Sequence record: PP968062.1
Direction: 5' to 3' (one strand)
DNA length: 64,000 nucleotides
Part shown: piece after piece, positions 27,084 through 36,515 of the stretch
How the letters are laid out: each line of letters starts with the position of its first letter
Position numbering within the stretch: position 1 is the first letter of the stretch
The notes under the pieces: generated by a model
Told to the model about the DNA's origin: nothing
The model's database searches: none
What the model saw: only the letters and a program-made list of their open reading frames with translations
Program-made: the position numbers and the translations under genes

Positions 27084-27089
27084 CTTTTC

Positions 27090-28649
27090 TTACTCTTCGG
27101 TTGGAAGGTCAAAGAAGTCGTCTACGTTACCTCGGATACCGTGAACGATTGCGGCTGCTTCTTTACGAGAAGTTGCTTTAGCCAGTTGAGTAGCGTGCCG
27201 AATGAACACGTCCGAATACTCCTTCATCAGGGTGAGTTCCTGAGAACTGAGCTTGTCAGACTTCTTACCCAGTTGCTCTGCGATCTCACGGAGACCCGAA
27301 AGCCCATGACGAGCTTCCAACTTACCATTGACCACGCTATCGCGAACGAAAGCTTTAATGATGTCGAATGCCCAGAGGCGTTCTACGTCATCAGTGATCT
27401 TGGTGAAGTCAATCGACATCGGGTCACGGAAAAATTCCCCGCGACGAATGCTATCAGCAGAAAGAGCGGAAATTCGCATAGAGCGAGTGTTACCACCTTC
27501 CTTATTGATCGCATGCGCTTCTTTGGTAATGCGAGCCGATTCATCGATCAGGAGTTGAGCGATAGACGGACCAGCGAACTCTTCACGCAGTGCTTTGCGG
27601 TCAAGTTCATCTTGAGTCGGTTCAAGACTGGTAGTAAGGCGTTGTGCAATAGAAGGACGAGCCAGATCTTCCGGGCGAAGGACCAGCTTGTCTTCTGCTT
27701 CTGCGTAGTACATGTCAGTCAAACCAGGGTTCTGGAGCTGATTATTGATATTGGTGCTGTGTTCAACACCATTAACAACTTGGTCATAGCTCCGGAAAAT
27801 AGAGGGAACAGAACGCAAACGGGTGTTGAAATCCTTGCTATTAGCAATTGGTTCAAACGGAACATTGGGAGGGGAGTTACGTTGAGTACACTCGATAGCT
27901 TTGTTTTCCATACGACCGCTACTAACAAGCCACTCTTCGAACATGACTCCATTGATCTGACCTTCGGCACAGCACTTCTTATAGAAGCTGATGTACTTTT
28001 GGTAGGTATGTACACGGAGTCGGAATGCTTCTCCGTAATGTTCCATCAAATGGTTAACAAGGGGTTTGATGGTAAACAGAGGTTGAGGGGCATTGCTCTG
28101 GTTTTTGATGTCACCTTTCAAGGCCTTCGCCAACTCACGCAAGAACTTGACGTTGTAAGTGCAGAAGTCAGCGCAGGATTCCGGAGGCAACAGCATACCA
28201 CAGATTTCGGTAATGGCTTCAGCGATCAGTTCTTCATCGGTGTTACCGATGTTCAGGTATTCGTCCCGTTGATCTACACCTTCAACCAGTTCAGTATAAC
28301 GCCCAGATTCCAGAAGCTCGATACCTTTAGTGCGATTGCACCACCAGTCTTCGAACAGAGAATCACGAGTACCGGGAGCCTTCAGGAAAGAATCGTAATG
28401 CTCAATCATTGCTTGGACGCGATCCATGGTAGTCTTGGCGAACTGGGCACGGATGTGGCGATCAAGGGTATACGGAGAGACAGAGATGTCCGGAATGTTT
28501 TCCATCAGTTCGTTGAACATCGCTGTAACGAACTTCGGATTCTGGGTAGCAAAGAGCTGGTGATTCTGGGCACCCATAGTTTGATGGAAGAAGCGATCCA
28601 TTGCGGCGGTAACGATAGCGCGCCGATGGGGAGTATAACGGTTATCCAT
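27090..28649 (-). CDS. Hypothetical early protein upstream of chimallin
   Basis: 519 aa, GGA RBS, own early promoter, short internal repeat PSIAQ. Confidence 0.75.
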   Translation of the reverse strand: MDNRYTPHRRAIVTAAMDRFFHQTMGAQNHQLFATQNPKFVTAMFNELMENIPDISVSPYTLDRHIRAQFAKTTMDRVQAMIEHYDSFLKAPGTRDSLFEDWWCNRTKGIELLESGRYTELVEGVDQRDEYLNIGNTDEELIAEAITEICGMLLPPESCADFCTYNVKFLRELAKALKGDIKNQSNAPQPLFTIKPLVNHLMEHYGEAFRLRVHTYQKYISFYKKCCAEGQINGVMFEEWLVSSGRMENKAIECTQRNSPPNVPFEPIANSKDFNTRLRSVPSIFRSYDQVVNGVEHSTNINNQLQNPGLTDMYYAEAEDKLVLRPEDLARPSIAQRLTTSLEPTQDELDRKALREEFAGPSIAQLLIDESARITKEAHAINKEGGNTRSMRISALSADSIRRGEFFRDPMSIDFTKITDDVERLWAFDIIKAFVRDSVVNGKLEARHGLSGLREIAEQLGKKSDKLSSQELTLMKEYSDVFIRHATQLAKATSRKEAAAIVHGIRGNVDDFFDLPTEE

Positions 28650-28687
28650 TTCATTTTCCTCTTTTGGTATTAGGGTGGATATATCAA

Positions 28688-28712
28688 AACTATGATATAG
28701 ATTTGAAATTAT
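28688..28712. promoter_or_regulatory. Overlapping divergent promoters (early on minus, TATG late motif on plus)
   Basis: AACTATGATATAGATTTGAAAT, identical to 38736-38757. Confidence 0.6.
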
Positions 28713-28730
28713 TTCTAATGGACGAAAACC

Positions 28731-29816
28731 ATGTACATGCTATTCCGGGACGCCCCAGCGCGGCGCTTAGGGCAAGCAGTTGACCCAAAGATCGTCTATA
28801 TCCGTAGGACGTATCGGGAACTGATCAACGATGTAAAGAACTATTACCGTAAGGCTCCAAAGGCTGTCGGCGCGGCAAACATTTTCGCTAACATGATCCA
28901 ACACTTTATCATTGATTGGAAGATCGATGATGCTGCTTGGGCAAAGAAAGTAGAAGATCAAGCAAAAGGCTTGTCACGTGTATTTGGTCTAACCTCTGCT
29001 ATTAATAGAGGAAAGATCCATGAGAAGGGAATCACGCTAGGTCCAAACTGCGAAGAGATCGCAATCGCCAGCTATGAGAAGTTCGAGAAGGAGGGTCTCG
29101 GAAAGCGCTGGAGAGATCTTACTCCTGTTAAGTATCTTTACCATACCCGGACCGATGTGAATCTCCCGATGATGAACAATACAACTGCTGGTAAAGGTTA
29201 CGGTATCATTACCGTTAACATTCCCATGTTGTTGATTCAGTATCGTTACTGGCTACGTTGGCAACAACAGCGTGGTGTAGAACAGTTAGAGAACGCTTAT
29301 CGCTTTGTTGGGAGTATCGTCCTCCCCAACATGGTAGAGAGCTATTTGGATATTGCTTATTTCAATAGGTTATCTCGTCAAGCACAAGGTATCAAGTGTT
29401 TGAGTTTCCCTGTGTCTCATCCGTTCTATCTTACGGATATGACTCCTCGGATTGATAAGCTTGTTGAGAACGTGAACTTCGAGAACTCTATTAAAGGTAT
29501 CGAACTAGAAGGGCTGGCTTGGATTACTCCAGCAATCGTTAAGACTAACTTGTTCGAAGTCATGGAGATTCCTCGGGAACCCATCACGTATCAAAACGAA
29601 TGGGCTTACACTTTAGCTCGGTTACCTTACGTTAAGTATCTGGTAACTATGCTTAAGAAGAATCCAGGTTACGATCGTTCTCAGATGAACGAAGTGTTAA
29701 TCGATTTGATTGATGCTACAAACGACCAAGTCTTTAAGACTGCTGGTAACACTGAGATGGTTAAAGCATTGCGTCGTGACGTTGCTATCCTCATTGAAGA
29801 AATGAAAAAAACATAA
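28731..29816 (+). CDS. Conserved protein, probably virion-associated (phiKZ gp52 position)
   Basis: 361 aa on the plus strand between the DNA polymerase region and chimallin; synteny. Confidence 0.6.
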   Translation: MYMLFRDAPARRLGQAVDPKIVYIRRTYRELINDVKNYYRKAPKAVGAANIFANMIQHFIIDWKIDDAAWAKKVEDQAKGLSRVFGLTSAINRGKIHEKGITLGPNCEEIAIASYEKFEKEGLGKRWRDLTPVKYLYHTRTDVNLPMMNNTTAGKGYGIITVNIPMLLIQYRYWLRWQQQRGVEQLENAYRFVGSIVLPNMVESYLDIAYFNRLSRQAQGIKCLSFPVSHPFYLTDMTPRIDKLVENVNFENSIKGIELEGLAWITPAIVKTNLFEVMEIPREPITYQNEWAYTLARLPYVKYLVTMLKKNPGYDRSQMNEVLIDLIDATNDQVFKTAGNTEMVKALRRDVAILIEEMKKT

Positions 29817-29821
29817 TAAAC

Positions 29822-29845
29822 AGCCCCTACCCGAAGGTAGGGGCT
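29822..29845. terminator. Bidirectional hairpin terminator
   Basis: AGCCCCTACC-CGAA-GGTAGGGGCT, identical to 40622-40645. Confidence 0.85.
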
Positions 29846-29853
29846 TTATGTCG

Positions 29854-30276
29854 TTACTTAGAATACTCAAGCCACTTGTCATAGAGTTCTTTATCTTTCT
29901 CTCTGACAGCTTCTGCCCGAAGACTCTTCAATTCAGCACGAACAACCTTCTGTTTCACGAACTTATAACCGCTAACCCAAATACTGTCTTTGTCTGGAAT
30001 GTTTTCGCATTCAGCGAATACGTTGTCAAACAAGCGAATGTATTTTTGTTTGCGAAGACTATTGCGAACAACCTGCGATTTCAGTAACGGATACTTGGTT
30101 ACCAGTTGATCCCATGCTACTTTGTTGATGGATATACTGATGTGCGATATGTCGATACCGCGGTTAACGCTAACTGCCAACGCGGCCATACCTGTTACAG
30201 TGAAGTCGTTTGCAGAAAGATTGTAATGGCTTTTAACTCGACGTAATGGACCATGAATATGCGACGTATGATACAT
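29854..30276 (-). CDS. Hypothetical basic protein
   Basis: 140 aa, GGAG RBS. Confidence 0.65.
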   Translation of the reverse strand: MYHTSHIHGPLRRVKSHYNLSANDFTVTGMAALAVSVNRGIDISHISISINKVAWDQLVTKYPLLKSQVVRNSLRKQKYIRLFDNVFAECENIPDKDSIWVSGYKFVKQKVVRAELKSLRAEAVREKDKELYDKWLEYSK

Positions 30277-30293
30277 GTTAACTCCGACATAAA

Positions 30294-30311
30294 GCCCAGC
30301 CGAAGCTGGGC
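30294..30311 (-). terminator. Hairpin terminator
   Basis: GCCCAGC-CGAA-GCTGGGC. Confidence 0.7.
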
Positions 30312-30318
30312 GTTTAAG

Positions 30319-31488
30319 TTAAGCCTGTTCACCTTCCGGTACAGAGACTTCTTCAACCGGCTTCAGGGGTTGACCATCAGCACGTTCTTGGAACTTGTCC
30401 AGAAGACGCTTTTGGTAATCCGGGATAGCCTGACCAGATACAGTCTCAACGAAAGAGCTCAGAGTGTGGTTCTTGAGGATCTCGCGTTTAATACCGTCTT
30501 GGGTCTGAGTTTGAATCTGACCCAGCTTAGCCAAGATAGAACCACCCATCAGAGCTTTCACCATACCAGACTTACAGTTGGTGATATGCTTAGAACGCTT
30601 GGCACCTTTCTTTTTCTTACGGCGGGTACGCATGCGGGATTCGATCGAATCGATTTCGGTCGGCTCAGCTTCAACAGTTTCCATTTTGCTCAGGTGTTGT
30701 TCCAGAAGGTCAGTAGACATTGCAGATTCAGTATCAGTAGATTCCAACATGATGTTGTTATGTCCTAGTTCACGAAGTTTATTGTACATGTAGAGACGGC
30801 TATTCGTTTTGGGAATGTCGTCCAATACAGGAGAGGAAATGATTTGGAGTTCGCCCGGTTTGAAGCCCTTGGTGAAAACGTCGTTAATACTCAACCATTC
30901 AGGAGGAGTAACGATACCATCGAACTTTGGCATTTCATTACATTCGGTATCGTAGGTGGGTATCTTTTTCATAAGTACCTCATGTCGTGTACCAGGTAGT
31001 TCACCGTTTTTGCTGATCAGGTTATTGTACTGGGTCCATAGTCTTTGGCTTTGCGAAGTTGTCGATCTTGTACCATGCAATACCCAGCTACGACGAACCA
31101 GGGTCATACCAGCCCAAAGAGTTTCTAGTTGATCCTTAGAGAGTTCTTCATGTTCTTTCATGAAGTTAGCGATAAGATCATCTAATTCTTGGAGTTCATC
31201 CGGTAGATATCCTGCAAGTGTATAACCTGAGTAAGAATCTGTAATCAGTTTGCCTTCCGGAGCGAATGCCTGACGTAGAGCAACATCAAAATGGCAGTAC
31301 ATGTTGTAATCCAACAGTAATGCTTGTTCCATATAGGGGTAGTCTAAGCCAAGTGTACAGATCTTTGCGAAACGGCTAGCTCCAGGTTGAGCAATCTCAC
31401 CACATAGATTACCATCCAGTACATTGTAAGTACCGAAAGGAAAAGATACAACTTCTTTATTTTGCGTTGGATTGGAATTATACATCAT
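30319..31488 (-). CDS. Hypothetical protein with a degenerate DnaB-like segment
   Basis: 389 aa; GFKPGELQIISS...KT without an intact Walker A; K/R-rich patch. Confidence 0.7.
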   Translation of the reverse strand: MMYNSNPTQNKEVVSFPFGTYNVLDGNLCGEIAQPGASRFAKICTLGLDYPYMEQALLLDYNMYCHFDVALRQAFAPEGKLITDSYSGYTLAGYLPDELQELDDLIANFMKEHEELSKDQLETLWAGMTLVRRSWVLHGTRSTTSQSQRLWTQYNNLISKNGELPGTRHEVLMKKIPTYDTECNEMPKFDGIVTPPEWLSINDVFTKGFKPGELQIISSPVLDDIPKTNSRLYMYNKLRELGHNNIMLESTDTESAMSTDLLEQHLSKMETVEAEPTEIDSIESRMRTRRKKKKGAKRSKHITNCKSGMVKALMGGSILAKLGQIQTQTQDGIKREILKNHTLSSFVETVSGQAIPDYQKRLLDKFQERADGQPLKPVEEVSVPEGEQA

Positions 31489-31518
31489 ATTTTCTCATCT
31501 GTGGATTTACGACATAAA

Positions 31519-31536
31519 GGAGTCCCGAAGGACTCC
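31519..31536 (-). terminator. Hairpin terminator
   Basis: GGAGTCC-CGAA-GGACTCC. Confidence 0.75.
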
Positions 31537-31542
31537 TCTGGT

Positions 31543-31707
31543 TTAAAGTTTTCCGATGTAATCAATAATGATCGGTCCCTTGAACTCAATACCACTACGG
31601 ACTATGCGGTCGTTGCATGGTTGCTTGGCTGTAACGATAACCACATCTTTATTAAACGTGAATTTACGCATACGCTCATACAACGCTTTCATTTCGGGGT
31701 CAACCAT
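31543..31707 (-). CDS. Small hypothetical protein (54 aa), below the ORF-track cutoff
   Basis: AGGTG RBS; MVDPEMKALYERMRKFTFNKDVVIVTAKQPCNDRIVRSGIEFKGPIIIDYIGKL; fills the gap between the DNA polymerase and a terminator. Confidence 0.65.
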   Translation of the reverse strand: MVDPEMKALYERMRKFTFNKDVVIVTAKQPCNDRIVRSGIEFKGPIIIDYIGKL

Positions 31708-31717
31708 AGGTCACCTA

Positions 31718-33898
31718 TTAGTAGAAGTCGGAGATCAAACGGGTGTTACCTTTATCGATCAAGAAGATACCCAGGGATTCAAAAATCAAGTAGAACACAC
31801 CCATGGTGTTGGAGATGATCGTGCGAACATCAGCTACACGGGTAATCTCATCGGGAATACCGCGGTTTTCCACAACTGTCATCGGAACGTGGAAGTTGGC
31901 GATACCAGTCTTGTTGTTTTCCATTGCCCAACGTTTAAGGCGCATGGCAAGACCTTTATCTTCGATAGTCTCAACCCACTCATTAAAGCGAGTCTTGTTA
32001 TCGGTTGTTACAGAGATCTTGACGAAGCTGTACGGAGGTTCTTCGATTTCACCAAACGACGGGCTGCAAACTTCTTTCCAGAAAGTGTGCTTAGCATAGG
32101 TGGCGTTATCTTCAGACTTGTACGCATCGATCTTCTTGCACTTACCGGTGGTGAGGTATTCAGCTTTACCAGAACGAACCGAAGCGATGATGTCACGTTC
32201 CAGGTCTGCTACTTCTTTCAGCATTGCGGGAAGATCAAGTGGCTCTTCTGCTTTAATGGACTTAATGATGTCATCCATCATCCGCTTAGCAGTCTTGTTG
32301 ATCTTCGGTGGAACTTTAGAATCTCGCAGACCTACACCTTTAACTTCCATACGAGCTTTAGCGAACATTACGCCCTCCTGCGCGTCCTGAGACGCGTAAT
32401 AGTGTTTTGAACGTGTGGTCAAGGAAAGTACAGCGAAGTAGTATTCGTTCTTCATAGCCAACAAACGGAGCTTCTCTTTCGATACGCCCATGTTAGCCGA
32501 CTGAATGGCGAGGATGTGTGCAACCACACAGGACACCAGGAACACCAATGCAAACACCAGTCGCTTAGCTTCAGCGGTAAAGGTGATCTTACCAAAGAAC
32601 TCTTCTACCCAGTACTGCATGGTAAACATCGTGGAGTCAGTGTCGGAGATGACAGCTGCGCGGCGGTAAGCAGTTGGGAAAGCATGAATGCTAGAAGGTA
32701 CGTTCTTGGTCAGAAGGAGAGCATCAATCAAACGCTTGTATTTCCACAGCGTATCAGAGATGTTCTTACCTGTTGCATAAATCGTGTCGAATACTTCAGG
32801 GGATTCTTTGCTCAGCTTATCATAGTTCCGACCTTTAACCAGATCGAAGCAAATGAAGTTAGCCAGGAGTTGCAAGTCACCATCGTAAGTGTTGTAAACT
32901 TCTTTGGTAACCTTCTGTTCGTCAGTACCTAGTTGAGCAAGCTCTGTCAGGAAACTACGAATCAAAACTTTGTTGTGTTTGTAGACATGATACAGATCGC
33001 CAACATACATAACAGCCGCACGCTGCAATGGAGTGAAACCAGTAACCAACATCCGAATCTGTTCAGTGTAGTCACGATTCTGCCAGTAGTGCGCTGTGGA
33101 ATACAGAACCATTTCAATTACTTCATCCGGAGTCGGGTAATGCATATTGAAATGATCAATGCAATCTTTCAACTTCTTCATGTCGGTGTTGTTAGCAATC
33201 GACAGAAGGTTGGCTTTGGTAATCTCCGGACTATAGTAGTGGCGATTACCAGTGATGAACTTCTCGTTATTCGCGTTAGCATACGAGGTTGCAGTACGAC
33301 AAGTAGACGTCAAGCTGGAGTGAGTCGACTTGTAATACAGAATCGTTGCCGCGCTTACGGTTGCTCCACTGTAGGAGTTATTGTTAATTTTGAAGTTTTC
33401 TTGTTCGCCTTTGCGAACCTGTGCGAGTTCAGCTGCTTCCGGGGTACCTTCACCCTCAAGACGCATTTGTTCTTTCTTAACACGTTTACGGTTTGCTACA
33501 CCTTCAGCGATATACTGAGAGTGGGTAGACTGGCGCTGAGATTCCGGAAGATACACGGTCATACTCGGCGACAGCAAAAGATTCTGTTTTTCTACACGGC
33601 CTAAGAAACCCATGAAGGTGGTTTCTTTCAAACTACGATCGCCTTGAGGATTCTTGTCTAATATCAAGGTCTTTGGATTGTTCAGGGCAAACTGACCCTG
33701 AGGGCGAGACTGTTCCTTCACAAACTCCAAGCAGGTTTCAAATGGATCCCCCGTCATCGCGGAGATGTACAGAGCTTGATCGTTAAGATAACCTTCGATG
33801 ATGTTCAGGTCACGGGTGTAATCTTCAACCGGCAACAAGAACGGGTTAGGAGTGCTGATCTGGTCCATATTTCCTCTCTTAAAATTTAATCTTTTCAA
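31718..33898 (-). CDS. Family B DNA polymerase, polymerase subunit (phiKZ gp50-like)
   Basis: 726 aa; motif B FKINNNSYSG, motif C VISDTDS, KSLLSPS-type region NLLLSPS, K-Y motif TTRSKHY, MEVKGV. In this family the exonuclease part is encoded separately. Confidence 0.9.
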   Translation of the reverse strand: MKRLNFKRGNMDQISTPNPFLLPVEDYTRDLNIIEGYLNDQALYISAMTGDPFETCLEFVKEQSRPQGQFALNNPKTLILDKNPQGDRSLKETTFMGFLGRVEKQNLLLSPSMTVYLPESQRQSTHSQYIAEGVANRKRVKKEQMRLEGEGTPEAAELAQVRKGEQENFKINNNSYSGATVSAATILYYKSTHSSLTSTCRTATSYANANNEKFITGNRHYYSPEITKANLLSIANNTDMKKLKDCIDHFNMHYPTPDEVIEMVLYSTAHYWQNRDYTEQIRMLVTGFTPLQRAAVMYVGDLYHVYKHNKVLIRSFLTELAQLGTDEQKVTKEVYNTYDGDLQLLANFICFDLVKGRNYDKLSKESPEVFDTIYATGKNISDTLWKYKRLIDALLLTKNVPSSIHAFPTAYRRAAVISDTDSTMFTMQYWVEEFFGKITFTAEAKRLVFALVFLVSCVVAHILAIQSANMGVSKEKLRLLAMKNEYYFAVLSLTTRSKHYYASQDAQEGVMFAKARMEVKGVGLRDSKVPPKINKTAKRMMDDIIKSIKAEEPLDLPAMLKEVADLERDIIASVRSGKAEYLTTGKCKKIDAYKSEDNATYAKHTFWKEVCSPSFGEIEEPPYSFVKISVTTDNKTRFNEWVETIEDKGLAMRLKRWAMENNKTGIANFHVPMTVVENRGIPDEITRVADVRTIISNTMGVFYLIFESLGIFLIDKGNTRLISDFY

Positions 33899-33963
33899 GA
33901 GATGGCTACGCTAAAACGGGAAAAAAATTAGGACACCCAATGGATGTCCAAAATTGAGCGGTA

Positions 33964-33995
33964 GCACATCAAATTACTTTCACATATTGATGTGC
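33964..33995. promoter_or_regulatory. Inverted repeat upstream of the DNA polymerase gene
   Basis: GCACATCAA-N14-TTGATGTGC; the spacer reads TATG on the minus strand. Confidence 0.45.
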
Positions 33996-34024
33996 CTTAG
34001 GGTAAAACTTCGCAACGACATAAT

Positions 34025-34042
34025 GCCCTCCCGAAGGAGGGC
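34025..34042 (-). terminator. Hairpin terminator
   Basis: GCCCTCC-CGAA-GGAGGGC. Confidence 0.8.
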
Positions 34043-34048
34043 GATATG

Positions 34049-34456
34049 TTATTCCAAGACTACCGAGTCCGGAACTTCGTTGTTCATCTTGCAAGCATCA
34101 ACAATGCGTTGCAGGCGACGTTCATCGATGTTCTGGAATACGAGGGTAGCTTTCTTGCCATTGTTAATGACAACGCTACCTTCACGAATCCAAGGGATAC
34201 CGAGGTACTGATGCTGACCACCTTCAAACTCAACACGGATGTAGCTGTATTGGGAAGGGTCATTCGGTGTACCCGCTGGGAGAGTCGGGTAAACGTTTTG
34301 GTGAGCAGCGATCAGATCGAAGCCCAGGATACGTACAAGGTTTGCGTCAAGGAAAGCGGCCAGGGTTACGTTCTTGAAGTTGTTACCGTACTGTGCGGAC
34401 GGGTGAACTTCAAAACTGATCTTCTGGCCAATTGCTACGTCGCGAATGGATGGCAT
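34049..34456 (-). CDS. Conserved hypothetical protein (phiKZ gp49 position)
   Basis: 135 aa, GGAG RBS; synteny. Confidence 0.7.
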   Translation of the reverse strand: MPSIRDVAIGQKISFEVHPSAQYGNNFKNVTLAAFLDANLVRILGFDLIAAHQNVYPTLPAGTPNDPSQYSYIRVEFEGGQHQYLGIPWIREGSVVINNGKKATLVFQNIDERRLQRIVDACKMNNEVPDSVVLE

Positions 34457-34480
34457 GATTGACTCCGTTGGAACTGACTG

Positions 34481-34924
34481 TTAAGCACTCATAGGTTTGC
34501 GCGAAACCACAAATGCAAATGAACCGTTCATATCGATCGGCCACATTGACAGTACATCCAGCAAGGGATTATTCAAGCTGAATTCCTTGAAGACTTTATA
34601 CATCTCCACCACATTGATGTTTTCATCGTCAAGCAGATCATCAGTAGCACCTGCTGATTCGAGGATGTGTTCTCCGAAGTTGTTCATGACTTCACGCTGG
34701 AAGTAGAACAGGATACGCTTCCGAATTTGTTCTACCGGAAGCTTAATATCCTTACCCACGGTACCCGCCAGTTCATCTTCTAGCGAGTCATCCACTTCTT
34801 TCTTATCGCGCTCCACGATCCAACGATCCTGGTAAAAGCGCAAGCCGAACCGCTCTGCATACAGAGCTCCAGCTATGGTTCCTGCAATGACGAGATCATG
34901 CATCATCTTCCGGGCCCAACCCAA
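34481..34924 (-). CDS. Hypothetical protein
   Basis: 147 aa in a tightly packed operon. Confidence 0.65.
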   Translation of the reverse strand: MGWARKMMHDLVIAGTIAGALYAERFGLRFYQDRWIVERDKKEVDDSLEDELAGTVGKDIKLPVEQIRKRILFYFQREVMNNFGEHILESAGATDDLLDDENINVVEMYKVFKEFSLNNPLLDVLSMWPIDMNGSFAFVVSRKPMSA

Positions 34925-35678
34925 TCTGTTCTTTGGTTACGTATAACGGAGAGTTGATCTGCCGTTGATAAGCAGCTCGATCTTCCGGTGGCAACATTGC
35001 CAGTTGGAGTTCCTGTTCTCGTTCAAGTCGGGCTTGTTCACGGAAAGGATTGTCTTCAGGTCTATACGGTTCACGTACATGAGGGCCATCAGCTACATCG
35101 CCAACATAAGGTGTGTCGGGGTTATCTCCCACTAGAACATAATAGCTGTCATACTGACCAACTGCAAAGTTCTCAATCTTATCGATCAGACACCCGTTGT
35201 TTTCGAGGTCGTCGATTGCTGGTTTTAGACACTCTCCTAACATACCGGTAGTCTCAGCAAACTTAGCTTCCAGATAAACCATCGTCGTAGGATCTTGTAC
35301 CAATTGTGCTTTTACACTAGGGAAGTACTCATCGACGTAGTGAGCGAAACCCACGTTATCTTTGGCTGGAGCTGTGAGAATGTACTCAACGTGTTTGTTA
35401 ACGCAATCCTGCATCAAGGCAATGACCGAGTCTTCTTCAGCAACGTGATCGTTTTCGTTCTTCGGAACGTGGGACTGGATCATTTTGTTTCGAACAACAT
35501 CGGTCATCTGAACAATCTGCCGATCAATCACTTTCGAGTTGATCATGATCCCGCAAGTACGGGGACCAGCAGATTCTTGGATCTGGGTTTGAGCGATGTG
35601 ATGGGCTCTATTAGCCACACCAATTAGATCAATGGTGCCGTCCGAATTGAAGACACCGTGCATTGCTTGAACGTTCAT
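34896..35678 (-). CDS. Hypothetical protein
   Basis: 260 aa, GGAGG RBS, ATGA overlap with the upstream gene. Confidence 0.7.
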   Translation of the reverse strand: MNVQAMHGVFNSDGTIDLIGVANRAHHIAQTQIQESAGPRTCGIMINSKVIDRQIVQMTDVVRNKMIQSHVPKNENDHVAEEDSVIALMQDCVNKHVEYILTAPAKDNVGFAHYVDEYFPSVKAQLVQDPTTMVYLEAKFAETTGMLGECLKPAIDDLENNGCLIDKIENFAVGQYDSYYVLVGDNPDTPYVGDVADGPHVREPYRPEDNPFREQARLEREQELQLAMLPPEDRAAYQRQINSPLYVTKEQIGLGPEDDA

Positions 35679-36187
35679 TTGGGAGCCTCCACTGAAAGCA
35701 CCATTATTGAGAGTTTGTATTTGTCATAACCTACTACGTTCACAGTAGAAATTATCTCTGATTTCTCCAGGAACGAACGGAGGGTTGAAACCATATCGTC
35801 TTTGTAGGTGCTTACGCAGACATCCATCAATTCTCGAAAACGGAGCCGCCAGTCGACTGCTTCACCATCGTCGTTAATCGTCTTTATGATGTCCTGACCA
35901 TCGAAATCTTCGCTAATGAGGGAAAGATATGCATCCTCCAAATAAATCTCGTAGAAGCTCTCCCAGACGGGTAAGTGGAAGTGTCCGACGTACTGCCGAA
36001 CACAGTCGGCAAAATAAGTCAGAACTCGCTTAACTAGAAGCGCGTTTTCTTCCTTTACCAACTGGTCGACTAAAGTCTTCGATTCGAAAACTAGTAACGA
36101 TCGCATGCTGTTGCCACTTACTCCCATAGTACTCCAACAGGAACCGAGCAGCTGTACCCTTGAACATAATCGGGAAGATCGTCGCAA
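35675..36187 (-). CDS. Hypothetical protein (start uncertain, probably 36106 or 36127)
   Basis: Acidic ORF in the operon. Confidence 0.6.
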   Translation of the reverse strand: MRRSSRLCSRVQLLGSCWSTMGVSGNSMRSLLVFESKTLVDQLVKEENALLVKRVLTYFADCVRQYVGHFHLPVWESFYEIYLEDAYLSLISEDFDGQDIIKTINDDGEAVDWRLRFRELMDVCVSTYKDDMVSTLRSFLEKSEIISTVNVVGYDKYKLSIMVLSVEAPK

Positions 36188-36515
36188 TCCCTCTTGGCAA
36201 TGAGCGCAGGAAGGTTATCGCGTGTTCTAGGAACAACTCTTGGTATCTCTCTGCCAGTTTACCATTATAGCTAAATTGTGGGATATCTACATCCGTCGGT
36301 ATTACCTCTGGGTTCTGGTTAAGCTTCCTAGAAACCTCTAAGACCCAAACAATCACATCATCCCAAACACCACCGGGGCCGTAACCTTTGAACTCCTTCT
36401 TTTTAAAGATGGTTCTATGAAGACGTTCTAGCTCCTCGTAGTTAGGGAAGAATATCCCCAAGTCCATCGAGAAGACTAGGGACGCGGGTAGCGATGACAT
36501 ACACTGCATCTCCAT
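36030..36515 (-). CDS. Hypothetical protein (start uncertain, probably 36467)
   Basis: ORF in the operon, overlapping its neighbours. Confidence 0.55.
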   Translation of the reverse strand: MEMQCMSSLPASLVFSMDLGIFFPNYEELERLHRTIFKKKEFKGYGPGGVWDDVIVWVLEVSRKLNQNPEVIPTDVDIPQFSYNGKLAERYQELFLEHAITFLRSLPRGIATIFPIMFKGTAARFLLEYYGSKWQQHAIVTSFRIEDFSRPVGKGRKRASS

